From contig JAJQQN010000387.1 in NCBI GenBank assembly GCA_023345925.1, positions 1 through 32,861 on the forward strand: 32,861 nucleotides of DNA, read 5' to 3'. The stretch is from Vannella sp. Lineage: Eukaryota. Positions 8,911-19,829 of this stretch are shown piece after piece (position 1 is the first letter of the stretch; every line of letters starts with the position of its first letter). The position numbers and the translations under genes were made by a program. Below the pieces are notes generated by a model. That model searched no databases. It was not told the DNA's origin and worked only from the letters and a program-made list of their open reading frames with translations.

Positions 8911-11626
8911 ATGGATCCTGAACGTCCGTGGTGGAGGCGGGGCCTCAACATTCTCAGGCCTTCAAAGGAATCGGACGACTCCTCTACCACTCTACAGGCC
9001 AGAGAGATGCCTTCCCCCAGTCGATCGTTTGATGAACGACGGCCTGGAGAAGCCGGTCCCTCTCTCAGCCAGGCGAAACTTGGGGCATTGGGCCTTAGGA
9101 GTAAGCTCAACCCCCTAAAGACCATCCGACTAACTGGTGACTTCGCAAGTCTCTGTTGGAAAGCACTTCTACAAGGACCAAAAGGTTTTCGTTGTGTACG
9201 GCCTTGTGGATCCCCATCTCAAGAGGGATGCCATCCCCATGGCAAGTCTACCCGAAAGGGCCGGTATGAATACTGGTTTGGCGACCCCAGGACCAGGTGG
9301 AATGGTGCGTTGGAAACACAAGCGTTTAGTGTAGGGAGGGTCCTTCCATTCTCATTTCGACCCTAAAAGTTCCCTCCACTAGGATCGTCGAGGATGCGAG
9401 GCAAACTGCCATTAAGTTTGAGTGCTACAACACAAAGTTAAAGAAGCCCCTTGCAGAAGCCATTCTCCCGTTCACCGCCTTGACGGCCGGCAAACTGGAG
9501 AATAAGACAGTCAGTACTCTTTTTGCTGGACAAGTAACGCTCTGATAGATATATAGCTGCGAATGCGCTCTCTAGATCTTGAGGTGAACGAGCAGCTCTG
9601 TATATCCATTCGGTATCTAACCCCAAAGGTTGACTCTCCTCCCACCTGGTGATCGACTAATTGGCATCAGATGATCGAATTTATTAGCGCTATTCGAGAA
9701 TCCAAGGATGAGGAGGCTTTGGAGATTTTTGTGGAGGAGGAGAACGCTTGTGCATATGCCAATTTGATAGTAAGGAAGAAGAAGAGCCAACTTTCCACTC
9801 ACTCTAGGTCAAGGTCCGAATTAGATCTGAGGTGAGTCAATAAGCCTGACTTGAAGACCATTCCCTAACATCCTACAAAGAGCACGGTTTTGCATTATTG
9901 CGCAAAAAATGGCTGGGCTTCGTTTGCGCAACTCCTTCTAGAGAGGCAGGCCCAAGTAGATCCGGTTGATGTGAGTCTTTTTTTCGAACAGAAAGGTTCG
10001 CTCATTTGGTCATTCAATAGAAACTAGGGGTCAGTCTCATTCTGTTTCTTGAAAGTCCCATAGATCTAACCTTATCTAGCGAGTGAGTTTTAGTGTACCC
10101 AAAGACAAATACTCAATCTCTCTAGACCCCTTTGATGGTAGCGTGCAGTAATGACAGAAGAGAAATAGCCACTATTCTCATCCAACACAAAGCTAATCTC
10201 AATGCTCGAGATGTGAGTCAATGTAGTTGACCTGAGCCTTATCTCAACTCAAGTATCTTCAGGTCTCCATGTTTGGAATGCTGCATTATGCTTGCAAAGC
10301 AAATAATACTCAACTAGTTCAGGAGCTTCTCGACCTGAACTGCAGTCCTACACTAGTCTCAGAGACAAAGAAGACTCCTTTGCACTTTGCCGCTGAATTG
10401 GGACATGTTGGACAAGTTCAATTATTGTTGGAGTACAAAGCAGCTTTGGATTGTCAGATGGTGACTGATTTTGCAACCCCACTAATATTGGCTGTGAAAG
10501 GAAAACATTATGAATGCGTTCAGGTCCTTTTAGAAGCTGGGGCTAATCCTAACCAGGCCAGTAACTATGTGAGTGCAGATGCTGATCCAAAGAGGGATCG
10601 CTAATTTGTCTATGATGTAGCCAGTGAGTCGGGTCAAGTGGATTTGTTCGAAGTAATCATAGTGAAAGGCGCCAATAATGTTAGCTGTGAACAACAATGA
10701 TCACGTGGTGGCAGAGGCTCTGCTACAGCCGCAATTTAATTGCAATATTCTTCGCTATCTAAGTGCTTCTCTGATGAAAGCCTCAGAGTTAGGTAGCGTG
10801 GAATTACTTAAACTGTTGGTCCCCTACAAACGTGCCAATCTACGCTCTTTGTACAACTCCAAAAGTTGCTTACACACAGCTGTTATTGCAAAGCAACCAG
10901 AGGCAGTCCGATATCTTCTCAGTCAAGGTGCTGATCCTAATTTAACGTGCCCTTCTTGGGGCGACATGCAGCAAGTGGTATGTCAACTCAACTTTGTTGT
11001 GTTCAGTGAGGTTAACGAGCGATCGGCAGACCCCATTGCACATGGCCGCACAAATGGGATTCCACGAAGGATTGGACATTCTTATCCATGAGAGCAAAGA
11101 ATTGGATTTGAATCTTACCTGCGTGAGATTGCCTTTGCCTCCATGTTCCTCAACAGGGTTAACCAGCCATTTAGAGTTGGGATTTGTATGCAGCAGAGAA
11201 CGTGACTGCGCTACACATTTCCGTTCTGATTGAAGATAAGAGGTCTGTTCAGACTTTGATGACACACCCAGCCATCTCAGTTTCCCTCAAAACCAAAACA
11301 AAGGGAACTGATCCCCAGTGGAAGGGAAAGGTGAGTAGAGCGACTCGCCGATCACTTTTGCTCACAAATAGTGGAAGACTCCAGCGGACCTGGCATTTGC
11401 TGGGGGATTATTAGATATTGTCAATTGTCTCAAATCTGTCAATAGCCAGCAACCTGGTCGTGTCTCCCGCAAGAAACCGGTGTCTTCTCCCCAGAGTCCC
11501 GCACTGCCATCCAGAGAAAGTTTTGACGATCCATCGGATTCTGGTAGCAAAAGCTTTGACAACTCTCGAACGACCATTCCCAGGAAGAAAAGATTTGGTC
11601 ACAAGCGCAACGCTTCTCAGTTATAA
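8911..11626 (+). CDS. Ankyrin-repeat protein with an N-terminal C2-like beta domain; many short exons
   Basis: Ankyrin motifs: STVLHYCAKNG, GRTPLMVAC, KTPLHFAAELG, ATPLILAVKG, SCLHTAV, TPLHMAAQMG, TALHISV, TPADLA. The stop is at 11624-11626. The N-terminal segment (IKFECYN...PLAEAILPF...LCISIRY) looks C2-like, but this is tentative and one junction near 9510-9580 is ambiguous. Confidence 0.82.
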
Positions 11627-11709
11627 ACAATTTTGCTGTTCTTTGGCATTGCCCAAAGTGAAGGGAGTAGTAAAGAATAAGCTCAGAACGAATCGTTTAC
11701 ATGGCAAAC

Positions 11710-12763
11710 TCAGATATCAAACACGGCAGAACGTTGTTTGGCTTCAAAGTCAATGAATGAGGGCTGTGCTGTTTGATAGACCTTTTCTCCTCCCCGAAAA
11801 GCTGGGCAAGGGGGAATATCCACTTGACAGCGAAACTCCCAGCGCCCTTCTTGCTCGCATTTGGCTGGGAACCAAAAGTGGGTAAGTCAATGCAGAAAAA
11901 GTAAGAAGGACCATTTGCAAGTACTCACGATGCTCTTTGATGGGCATGGCATAAGGGTCAAAAGGGGTGCCATCCTCTTGGTCGTCAAAAACGACGTCGA
12001 AATCTGAATTGACGGAAAAGTCACCAAACATGCTGACAATTCGCTTCCTTTTCATATTGAAAGTCTCCGGTTCCTGATTCAGTGGTGTCGATGTTCCTAC
12101 CGCCCCTCTCTGTTGGTTCATGATGCTGGGCTTGTGCCCGGTTTGGGGAGTCTTTTGTTGCATCTTCACTCGCTTGCGAGTCGGATCTTCTGGCGTCTGT
12201 ACTTTGACGAGAGCTTCCTTTGGGATGCTACTTGTTGTCTTGCTAACATTTCGTGTTGTGGGCTGGACTTGTTCAGCTGTTGGCTCATCCTTGAAGGACA
12301 ACTGCTTAGCTCCTTTGTCGTGGACCTTAACTTCCTTGTCAGCCTCTACCTGGGAGCCTCCTGAAGGAGCCACTGTATTCTCGGGCTCTGGAAAAGTAGT
12401 TGAACTGGAAAGAGGATCTGAGGTGATCTCCAGATGCGCCCAGGAGGAGACGGAAGGGATTAACCCGTCCCTCACCATCCACCCCTCCGCACTGACCTCC
12501 TCCACAAGGATCACTTGGCCAACAGGAGGTCCACCTGCATATTTCTTCACTACTTTGGCGTGAAAGGGCAGCGAGATCTCCATAACACCCTCCAAATACG
12601 AGCCAGGGAAGATACCCGTCTCCTGCTTACTCATTACTGTCCACCATCCATCGTCTTCGCACAGCAGAACGATGCATTTGGTTCCCTCCTTCATAGAGAG
12701 CTCGCCAACCTCTCCTTCAAAGTCCTCCGCAACAACAGCAACGAAAGGCGTCCTCATGGCCAT
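11710..12763 (-). CDS. SH3-domain protein (one clear SH3 plus a possible degenerate second SH3)
   Basis: VAVVAEDFEGEVGELSMKEG...DDGWW...GIFPGSYL. A ~62-nt GTGAGT...CAG intron near 11928-11867 gives a C-terminal exon ending RSAVFDI* at 11710. Confidence 0.78.
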
Positions 12764-12953
12764 CCCCTCAAGGCCGATCCGCAAATGAGAAGGAAAAGGG
12801 CGTTTCAGATCCTGTCAGAGTGCTCATCCGGATTATCCACTTTCTCCTTTCTTCGTTTCTCTGGAAATGGAAGTGGAAATGGAAGAGGACCTTCCCAAAG
12901 GCCCTCCAAACGAGCATTTCCCTTTCCCCTGTCATGAAGAGCGATAAGGTCGG

Positions 12954-15900
12954 ATGACTCAGGATGGAGCGTTTAGGGGGCTGACAGAAGAGCAGGAGCT
13001 TGTTATATGGTTCCAAAAGTACGTTCAGGGCTTCCTTGAGGTGGAAAGGGACCTGCGCAACGGCCTGGCCTTGATCGCCTTCCTGGAGACGATCAGTGGC
13101 GCCAAAATCAAGCACTGTGAGGATCCTAAGAACAGAAAGGACTGCCAAAGCAACTGCAAAATCGCGCTGATGACCCTGAACGAGCTCTACGAGGGATTCC
13201 CCGTGGTCATAACGGCTTCCGGTAAGAACCATCGCACATGAGGGTTCTCTCCTCACTCACAAGCCGCCAGATCTGGTCTCTGGAAACCCAGAGAAGTCAC
13301 GAGAGCTTCTCGATGCCCTTTCATCGGACGATTGGATGATGGAAGACAGAGCACGTTCGCCTCCTCTTTCTCCCCCTCTCTCTCCTCCTGTGTCTCCTCC
13401 TTTCTCGCCCCCTATCTCCCCCAGAAAGATCGCCCCTCGCGAGTTTAACGTAGAAGAGTGCCAGCTGGAGTACGTGAAGGACCATGGGAGGGAGCAACGC
13501 TCACCGGAGAGGGCGGGTTAGCACTTACGAAGAGGGAATGATCACCCGGCTTCAAAGCGCTTACAGGAGATACGCCAGCCACCGCCTACAACTGAAGAGG
13601 AAGCGCCAACTAACGCACCGACTGCACATCGTCAGGGAGATTGTGGAGACCGAGGAGACTTACGTGCGGGGGCTCCGGCTAATTGTCCAAGTCTACTTCG
13701 AACCGCTCAAATGGAAGAGCCAGATGGCCAAGAAGTCTGGTACAGCCGCTCTCTTGGAGGAAGCAGAGACTCGAACTCTCTTCTCGAACATAAGTGCCAT
13801 TCTCGAATGCAACGCGCAGCTTCTGGCCGATTTTCAGCAGCGTTTGGCTGATTTGAACGCTTTCACGCAGATTGGCGACATTATGGCCAATTTTGCACCT
13901 TTCTTGAAGGTTTATACGATTTACTACAGCAACTACGAGACAAGTAGTGCCCTTTTGGACACGTTAAGGCGAGATAGACCCGCTCTGGAAGATTTTTTTG
14001 AGGTTTGACAATGGGCATCGTACCCTTAGATTGACTCACAAGGAGGGATAGAGCTGCATCGACATCCCCGAGTGCAGAGGCATGACTTTGGATTCTCTCC
14101 TGATCACACCTGTTCAGCGGATGCCTCGCTATGTGTGCGTCACTGTCGTCCCCTTGAGACTTTCCAAGAGCGTCTCTAATGGTTCTTAGGCTCCTCTTCC
14201 GAGAGCTCCTCCAGCACACAGATTCTGAGCACCCGGATTACTGTAATCTCGAGAAAGCTGTTCTTGCCGTGGCTAAACAAGCGAGCACACTCAACAAGAA
14301 TATCACCGTCACTCAATCCATTCACCAAGTACTTCTTGTGCAGCAGAGTCTTGTGGGAGACGGGGTCCCTGTAAGTCCTCGATGGACCGGCCTTTTACTA
14401 ATCTGAGATAGAGTTTGGTCACTCCCAGTCGCTTCTATATCACTGAAGGGTCCTTTCGAGAAACGAAGTTGGACAGCAAGCAGGGAAAAGATTTCGAATC
14501 AGTCCACCTTTTCCTCTTTAATGATTTGGTTGTCTCCACCAAAAAGGTTCGTTTCTCCTTCTTCTCTACTTTTCCACTCACTTGTGCATCCAGATCAACA
14601 AAACCACATTCCGCTTCCGCTGGGCGGTGCATTTAGACGAATCTACTCGGTTGAAGGATATACCAGACATGGGTTTGGTACAGAACGCCATTCTTTTGGT
14701 CTCTTTCCACAAAACAATCACGTTGACATGCTTGCACGTGGATCAAAAGTTGCAGTGGATGACACAAATAAGCAATCAACTCGCTTCAAACATGGAGTCG
14801 TATCACTCAAGGGCAATTAAGATGGCGCCCTCCCAAAGTTCCCAAAATGTTGCAATGAGTCCGTTTAGGAATGTCTCTGCTTCGATTGTGGGGACTCAAA
14901 AAGCGGAGGTTTCTAGCGGTAAATCATTCATGGTCTATGCCATTCTTGTCACAACTGCCGAAAGGGATCACACCTACACTGTTTATCATCGCTACCGTGA
15001 GTTCGATGCTCTGGCAAAATCGGTACGTTTGCCAAGAGGTTCTGCTTCTGACTAACTAAAATGAACGTCAAGTTGAGAAAGAAGTACCCAGAAGAAGAGT
15101 TTGTGGAGTTGCCTAAGAAGCATATGATCAACAATTTGAAGTCAGATGTCGTACATGCTCGCCAGGTGATGCTGGAGGCCTTCCTGGAGGACATCTTGAC
15201 CAAACCGGATGTGCGGGAAAGCAGCGAAATGGTCATTTTCCTTTCTGCATCAGACAACTACAACACTCCAACCTCCACTAAGAAGGTTACAAAGCTCAAG
15301 CAGCCACAGCATCTGAGAAAAGCAGAAGAGGAGCGTTCCCGAACACTCAAACGTCTCAAGAAGGAGAAGCCTGAGACAGGGAGTTTGATGGATATCTGGA
15401 GTAAAATGGGGGTTGACAGTCTTGAGAGCATCCTGCCCCCACGCTCGCCTGCTGTTTGCCACCAAACATCAGAAATTCCTTCCTTAGCACCGCACCAGGA
15501 ACTAGACTCAGACTCTGCTAATGAGGGAGAAGATTTACTCGATCCCAACACTGAAGAAAAGCAGGAATTCACTCAAATCATCCGAAAAGCTGAAGTCCCA
15601 TTCCGCATCATCAGCAAGCCTGCTGGCAGAGGACGCGGGCATGGCAGGGGCATTTCTATTCCTCGTCCTCAGTCACCGCGAGTTATTCGCCTTCGCCCTC
15701 CGACGGCAATTGACTCTCTCCCACTTTCTGAATCTCCTCAAACCTCTCGCGAGGCTTACCCAAGCAAGGTATCTTCCCACCGGGCCCCAGTATCTCAATC
15801 CAAAGCAAAAGATGCGCGAGACCGTTTCCGCCCGCCAACAGCAACCGGCAGTCCCTTAATTCCACACACGCTCCCTCCCTCGCAGAATCAGTTCTCTCAA

Positions 15901-16071
15901 AGTTCCTATCAAATTAGTAGGAAAGTTGCTGTTGTAGCCGATGTGGGCCGAGCTGGAAAGCCATCCCGATTGCCTCGTGTTCCTCCTCCTCAGCCTCCAC
16001 CTCCTGTTCCTCAACGCAACTTGCCCCGGAAAAGAACTTCCGAAGAAATCGAGAAGCGCCGCTCCACGTAA
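12954..16071 (+). CDS. Dbl-family Rho GEF: CH - SPPx repeats - IQ - DH - PH - PX - Pro-rich tail
   Basis: CH: DLRNGLALIAFLETISG...DLVSGN. IQ: ITRLQSAYRRY. DH: EIVETEETYVRGL...LITPVQRMPRY...HPDY. PH: HLFLFNDLVV...KLQW. PX: MVYAILV...VYHRYREFDAL...LPKK...RQVMLEAFL. Multiple short introns. Confidence 0.9.
13357..13422 (+). repeat. 12-nt coding tandem repeat encoding SPP(L/V/F/I) x5 followed by SPR
   Basis: Translates as SPPLSPPLSPPVSPPFSPPISPRK within the RhoGEF. Confidence 0.8.
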
Positions 16072-16104
16072 AGAAGGATGCTTTAACTTGCACCTTTCAG
16101 CAGA

Positions 16105-17482
16105 TTAAACTTCCTTTCTCTGATTGGGTGTGGGAAGGGGAGCGGAGATCTCCCACCGGGGACTAGAAACAATCAAACTATGTTCCTCCGGGTCATAGGT
16201 TCGAGTGGGACCAGCCATAACCCGTTCAATTGCCGCCCAAGCTACCATAACGCCGTTATCTACAACATCAGTGATGAGGAGCGAACCCAGGAGGAAGAGG
16301 ACGCACTTCATACCTGTACAAAGTGGGAGTGGAGGAAAGAAGACTGTTAAGCCTTCTTGTAAAGAGGCAACAAGCGAAAGCTGGCTTCGTATATGCTGGT
16401 TGCGTGCAACACCTCCAGCCACGACCAACGACTTGCAAGGGAATATGACCAAAGCGTTTTTCACTCTGTCAACCAAATGCATAGTAGCAGTATCTTGAAA
16501 GGCAGCAGCAACGTTTTTGCGAACAGCGGAGGGTGTGATATCCTCCTTTTCGGCAAATCTTCTCTCCGGAATAGTTTTTGTGAGATTTCGATTCCACAAG
16601 CGCTCGGATTGCATACCGTCTCACCTGAGTCTTCAGGCCAGAATAAGAGAACTCGCAGCTTCCCTTCCTCCGCTGAAGAGGGCGGGTGAACGGAATAGCT
16701 TTCGGGTTTCCTCCCAAAGCCAGGCTCTCCAATTGTTCTCCCGGATGACAAAGCGGAGACGCTTCGATCCCCAATAGGCGAGCCGTCTTATCAAAGGCTT
16801 CTCCTACTGCATCATCCAAAGTCGTCTGGAGGAAGGGTAAGTCCAAGTAGAAGGCCCAAGATAGAAGAAGAAGCCTTCTCACTCCCAAAATGCGATACTC
16901 TCCCACTCGATCACATGCTATCAGTTGCGTGTGACCACCACTCACTAAGAGGAGCAGGAAAGGGAAAGAAGGAGCCTCCGCGCCTTCTTGTGGCAGCCGA
17001 GTGACAAGCGCGTGAGCTTCCAAGTGGTGAACGGGAAGCAGAGGCAACTGCCGCGCCAGGGATAGATTCTTGGCGCGATCGATACCCACGGACAAACAAG
17101 GTTTCAGCCCTGGCCCTGCTGTCACAGCAATCAGGCGGAGAGGAGGAGATCCGATGGCATCAGCGACAGAAAGCGCCTGTTCTAGCAATAGATCGAGGTT
17201 GGCCTCATGCGCACTACCTCCACCCATTCAGTGCAAGTTCTAGTTGCCACAAGAACCTCACCGAGCCGCGAGCGAAGGCACAATGCCGTTGTAAGGAGCG
17301 TGAACAGCGAACTGCGAAGACACCAAGTGCGAGAGAACTCTTCCTTCCGAAGAAACCAAAGCCACACAGCTGTCATCACAGCTCGTCTCGATCCCCAACA
17401 CCGAAAAGGAGCCCAAACCCGCCCAATCGGTGCGAGCTCGCGCGCCCACCCAAAGGAGGACTCTCGAGCCGCTCCTTCTCAT
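16105..17482 (-). CDS. OSGEPL1: Mitochondrial tRNA N6-adenosine threonylcarbamoyltransferase (Qri7/TsaD family)
   Basis: Arg-rich presequence, then VLGIETSCDDS, GIVP, VTAGPGL, HHLEAH, LLVSGGHT, TLDDAVGEAFDK, FSYSGLKT, VAGGVARN, CT|DNGVMVAW. Five exons. Confidence 0.93.
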
Positions 17483-17577
17483 TCAGCTCCCCCACGAATG
17501 ATCACAGGACGGCAGACACTCCTCACACTTCCAGCCAGCCCCTTCTGGCCATTATTTAGAAGCGGGCGGGCGCGGGC

Positions 17578-18276
17578 ATGGGCGACTCTCCCAAGTTTAG
17601 AGCGCGCCCTGATAGAGCCATGTCGATGAGGATAGGGTCTGCTTATGACAGTGATACAGTGATAGGAGCTGAGTCGATGCGAGGGGAAGCTATGGGCTTC
17701 ATGTCTTTTGTGACGGAAGAGACGGACTTGGTTCTCCTTCAGAAGCAAGTGAGCAAGCTCAAGGCGAAGAAGCTGGAGACAGAGAAACAAAGAGCAACCA
17801 TTCGCTCAAAGAACCAAGCTATTCGGCAGAGCCTTGCACGACTAGGGAAAGAGTTGGAGTCGGAGCAGCACCTCCTCGAATCATTACAGGCTGCTCATAA
17901 GGAGGAGAGCAACTCCTTTGAAGCAGCACAGCAACAACTACAAATCACATTGGCTACACAAGAAGCGAACCGAGCAGAGATTGAAGGGAGGCTCAGCGAT
18001 GCCAAAGAGCGCCTTCTTCAAGAGCAAGAGAAGCGAGCGCGCCTACTGCGAGAGCAGGAGGCTCTCTATGCCAGTGTAAGACTGTTATGGAACAACACAA
18101 CACAAGAAGACCAGCGGTTTACCCTCAGCAAGACTGCAATCTGTATGGAAGCCGACCAAATCGCCCACGAGACCCAGAGGGCTCTTCGGCCCCATTCAGT
18201 ACATCTGGGATCAGGTACTCTCTCCTACGCCAGCTCCTGCAACTCCTCCGACGACGACATTCTTCCCATCCAATGA
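17578..18276 (+). CDS. Hypothetical coiled-coil protein, 232 aa
   Basis: Single long ORF rich in E/Q/K/L/R with heptad character. It fills the gap between OSGEPL1 and ORC5. The start could be a downstream Met. Confidence 0.7.
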   Translation: MGDSPKFRARPDRAMSMRIGSAYDSDTVIGAESMRGEAMGFMSFVTEETDLVLLQKQVSKLKAKKLETEKQRATIRSKNQAIRQSLARLGKELESEQHLLESLQAAHKEESNSFEAAQQQLQITLATQEANRAEIEGRLSDAKERLLQEQEKRARLLREQEALYASVRLLWNNTTQEDQRFTLSKTAICMEADQIAHETQRALRPHSVHLGSGTLSYASSCNSSDDDILPIQ

Positions 18277-18302
18277 AGGCCGCTCTTTTCCTCTTCCTTT
18301 GC

Positions 18303-18310
18303 TTTGGCGG
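18303..18310 (+). promoter_or_regulatory. Candidate E2F site TTTGGCGG upstream of ORC5
   Basis: Matches TTTSSCGS about 80 bp before the ORC5 ATG. It is a short motif and could occur by chance. Confidence 0.3.
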
Positions 18311-18383
18311 GTTCAGGCTCTCCCATTAGCTCGCCTGGAGTGAAGTAGTGGCGTTTGGAGGTGCAGGGAGTCCTCATTTCTTG

Positions 18384-19803
18384 ATGGAAGGCTTCCCTGG
18401 GCGCGAGAGCGAGATCCGCTCGTTCCTCTCCCTGCTTGGCCAACCACGAGATGAGGTGCCTCCTGTATGGATCAGTGGGGCTGCGGGAGTGGGTAAGAGC
18501 GTGGTGATCAAGTATATCATGCAGGATCAAGCTCTGGTGCACTCCACTAGCAATTGTGTGGAGTGCTTCACGCCCAAACTGCTCTTTGAGGACATCCTCT
18601 TGCAGTTAGGCCTCGAAGACGCTTGCCATCGTCCATCTGACTTTGTACGGAAGCTCCAGGGGCTTCTATCAGGGAGAAAGGAGACCACCTTCATCGTACT
18701 AGACAACGCGCAACTATTGCGCTCTGAACAGGCTTCTGAGTTCGCTCTTCTCCTTCCTGTGTTCCTCTCCTTATCATCTTTGGTAAGAGTCTTGCAAAGC
18801 AAGGGAGAGAACTGACCCTGGGAGGAGGCAGACCAAGACCAAAGTCAGCACAATCTTCCTCAGCCGCCTTGTGTGGCCCAAAGTGCGTTCTGAGATCTGC
18901 TTTATAGAGCCTATTCAGATCCACTTTACAACTTACTCGAAAGGTGCGGTTCCCGTGCAGGGGAGAAGCGCCGTTGACATGAAAGGGGCCTCCAGAGGAC
19001 ATTCTCCGCATTATTGAGAAAGATTGTCGAATGCCAGAGTACCTGGAGCTTCACCAGTACCTTGCCAAGCTCCTCTTCAACATCTTCTCGTTAGTGACGC
19101 GGGATCTCAACGAGCTGCGCCGATTGACGAGTTTGCTGTTCCCCCGCATTGTCCAACCCGTCATCAAAGGCGAAAGTAAGCCCTCCCTGAGCCTGAAGTC
19201 AGTCTCTCTAATGAGGGATGGGATGGCGATCCAGTGTCGATGAGTGACAAAGTGAAACTGTACCATTACATCGATCCCTACGTGAAGCAGGTGTCCCGCC
19301 ACATCTATTTGAACGACTTTTCCATCAAAGAGTGGGAGAACGAGAAGCAGAACCAAGTGGCCAGTGGGACCGCCAACTTGGCAGTGGAACTGCCTTCGAG
19401 ACTGAAATGGTTGTTGGTGGCTTCTTACATCGCTTCGAACAACCCGCCCAATCACGACACCAAGTACTTTGGCGACATCTCCGTCAAGAAGAACAAGAGA
19501 TCGGCCAACAAAACAGCGCGCGTGCGCCGGCGCTTTGCCATGCCCACGGCTTTCTCTTTCGACCGGATGATTGCCATTTACTTTGCTATTTACGAAGACA
19601 ACTCGCGGGAACGCACTCCCATGCATGACAGCGAACTATACACTCAAGTGCAGACGCTGATATCTCTTAATCTCCTCACTTTGGCGGGCGCCCGAGGCAT
19701 TATTGAAGCCGTCAAGCTCCGCTGTAACATCAGTTTCGACTTTGCCAAAAGCCTTTCCCAGAATCTGGACTTTGACTTGACCAAGTACCTTCAAGACGCT
19801 TAG
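18384..19803 (+). CDS. ORC5: Origin recognition complex subunit 5
   Basis: FPGRESEI, Walker A GAAGVGKS, NCVECFTPKLLFEDIL, IVLDNAQ, RDLNELR, LLVASYIASNNP...D, FSFDRMIAIY, LRCNIS...FDLTKYL. Four exons. Confidence 0.93.
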
Positions 19804-19829
19804 TTCAATCGGAATCGGAATCTTTGTTG

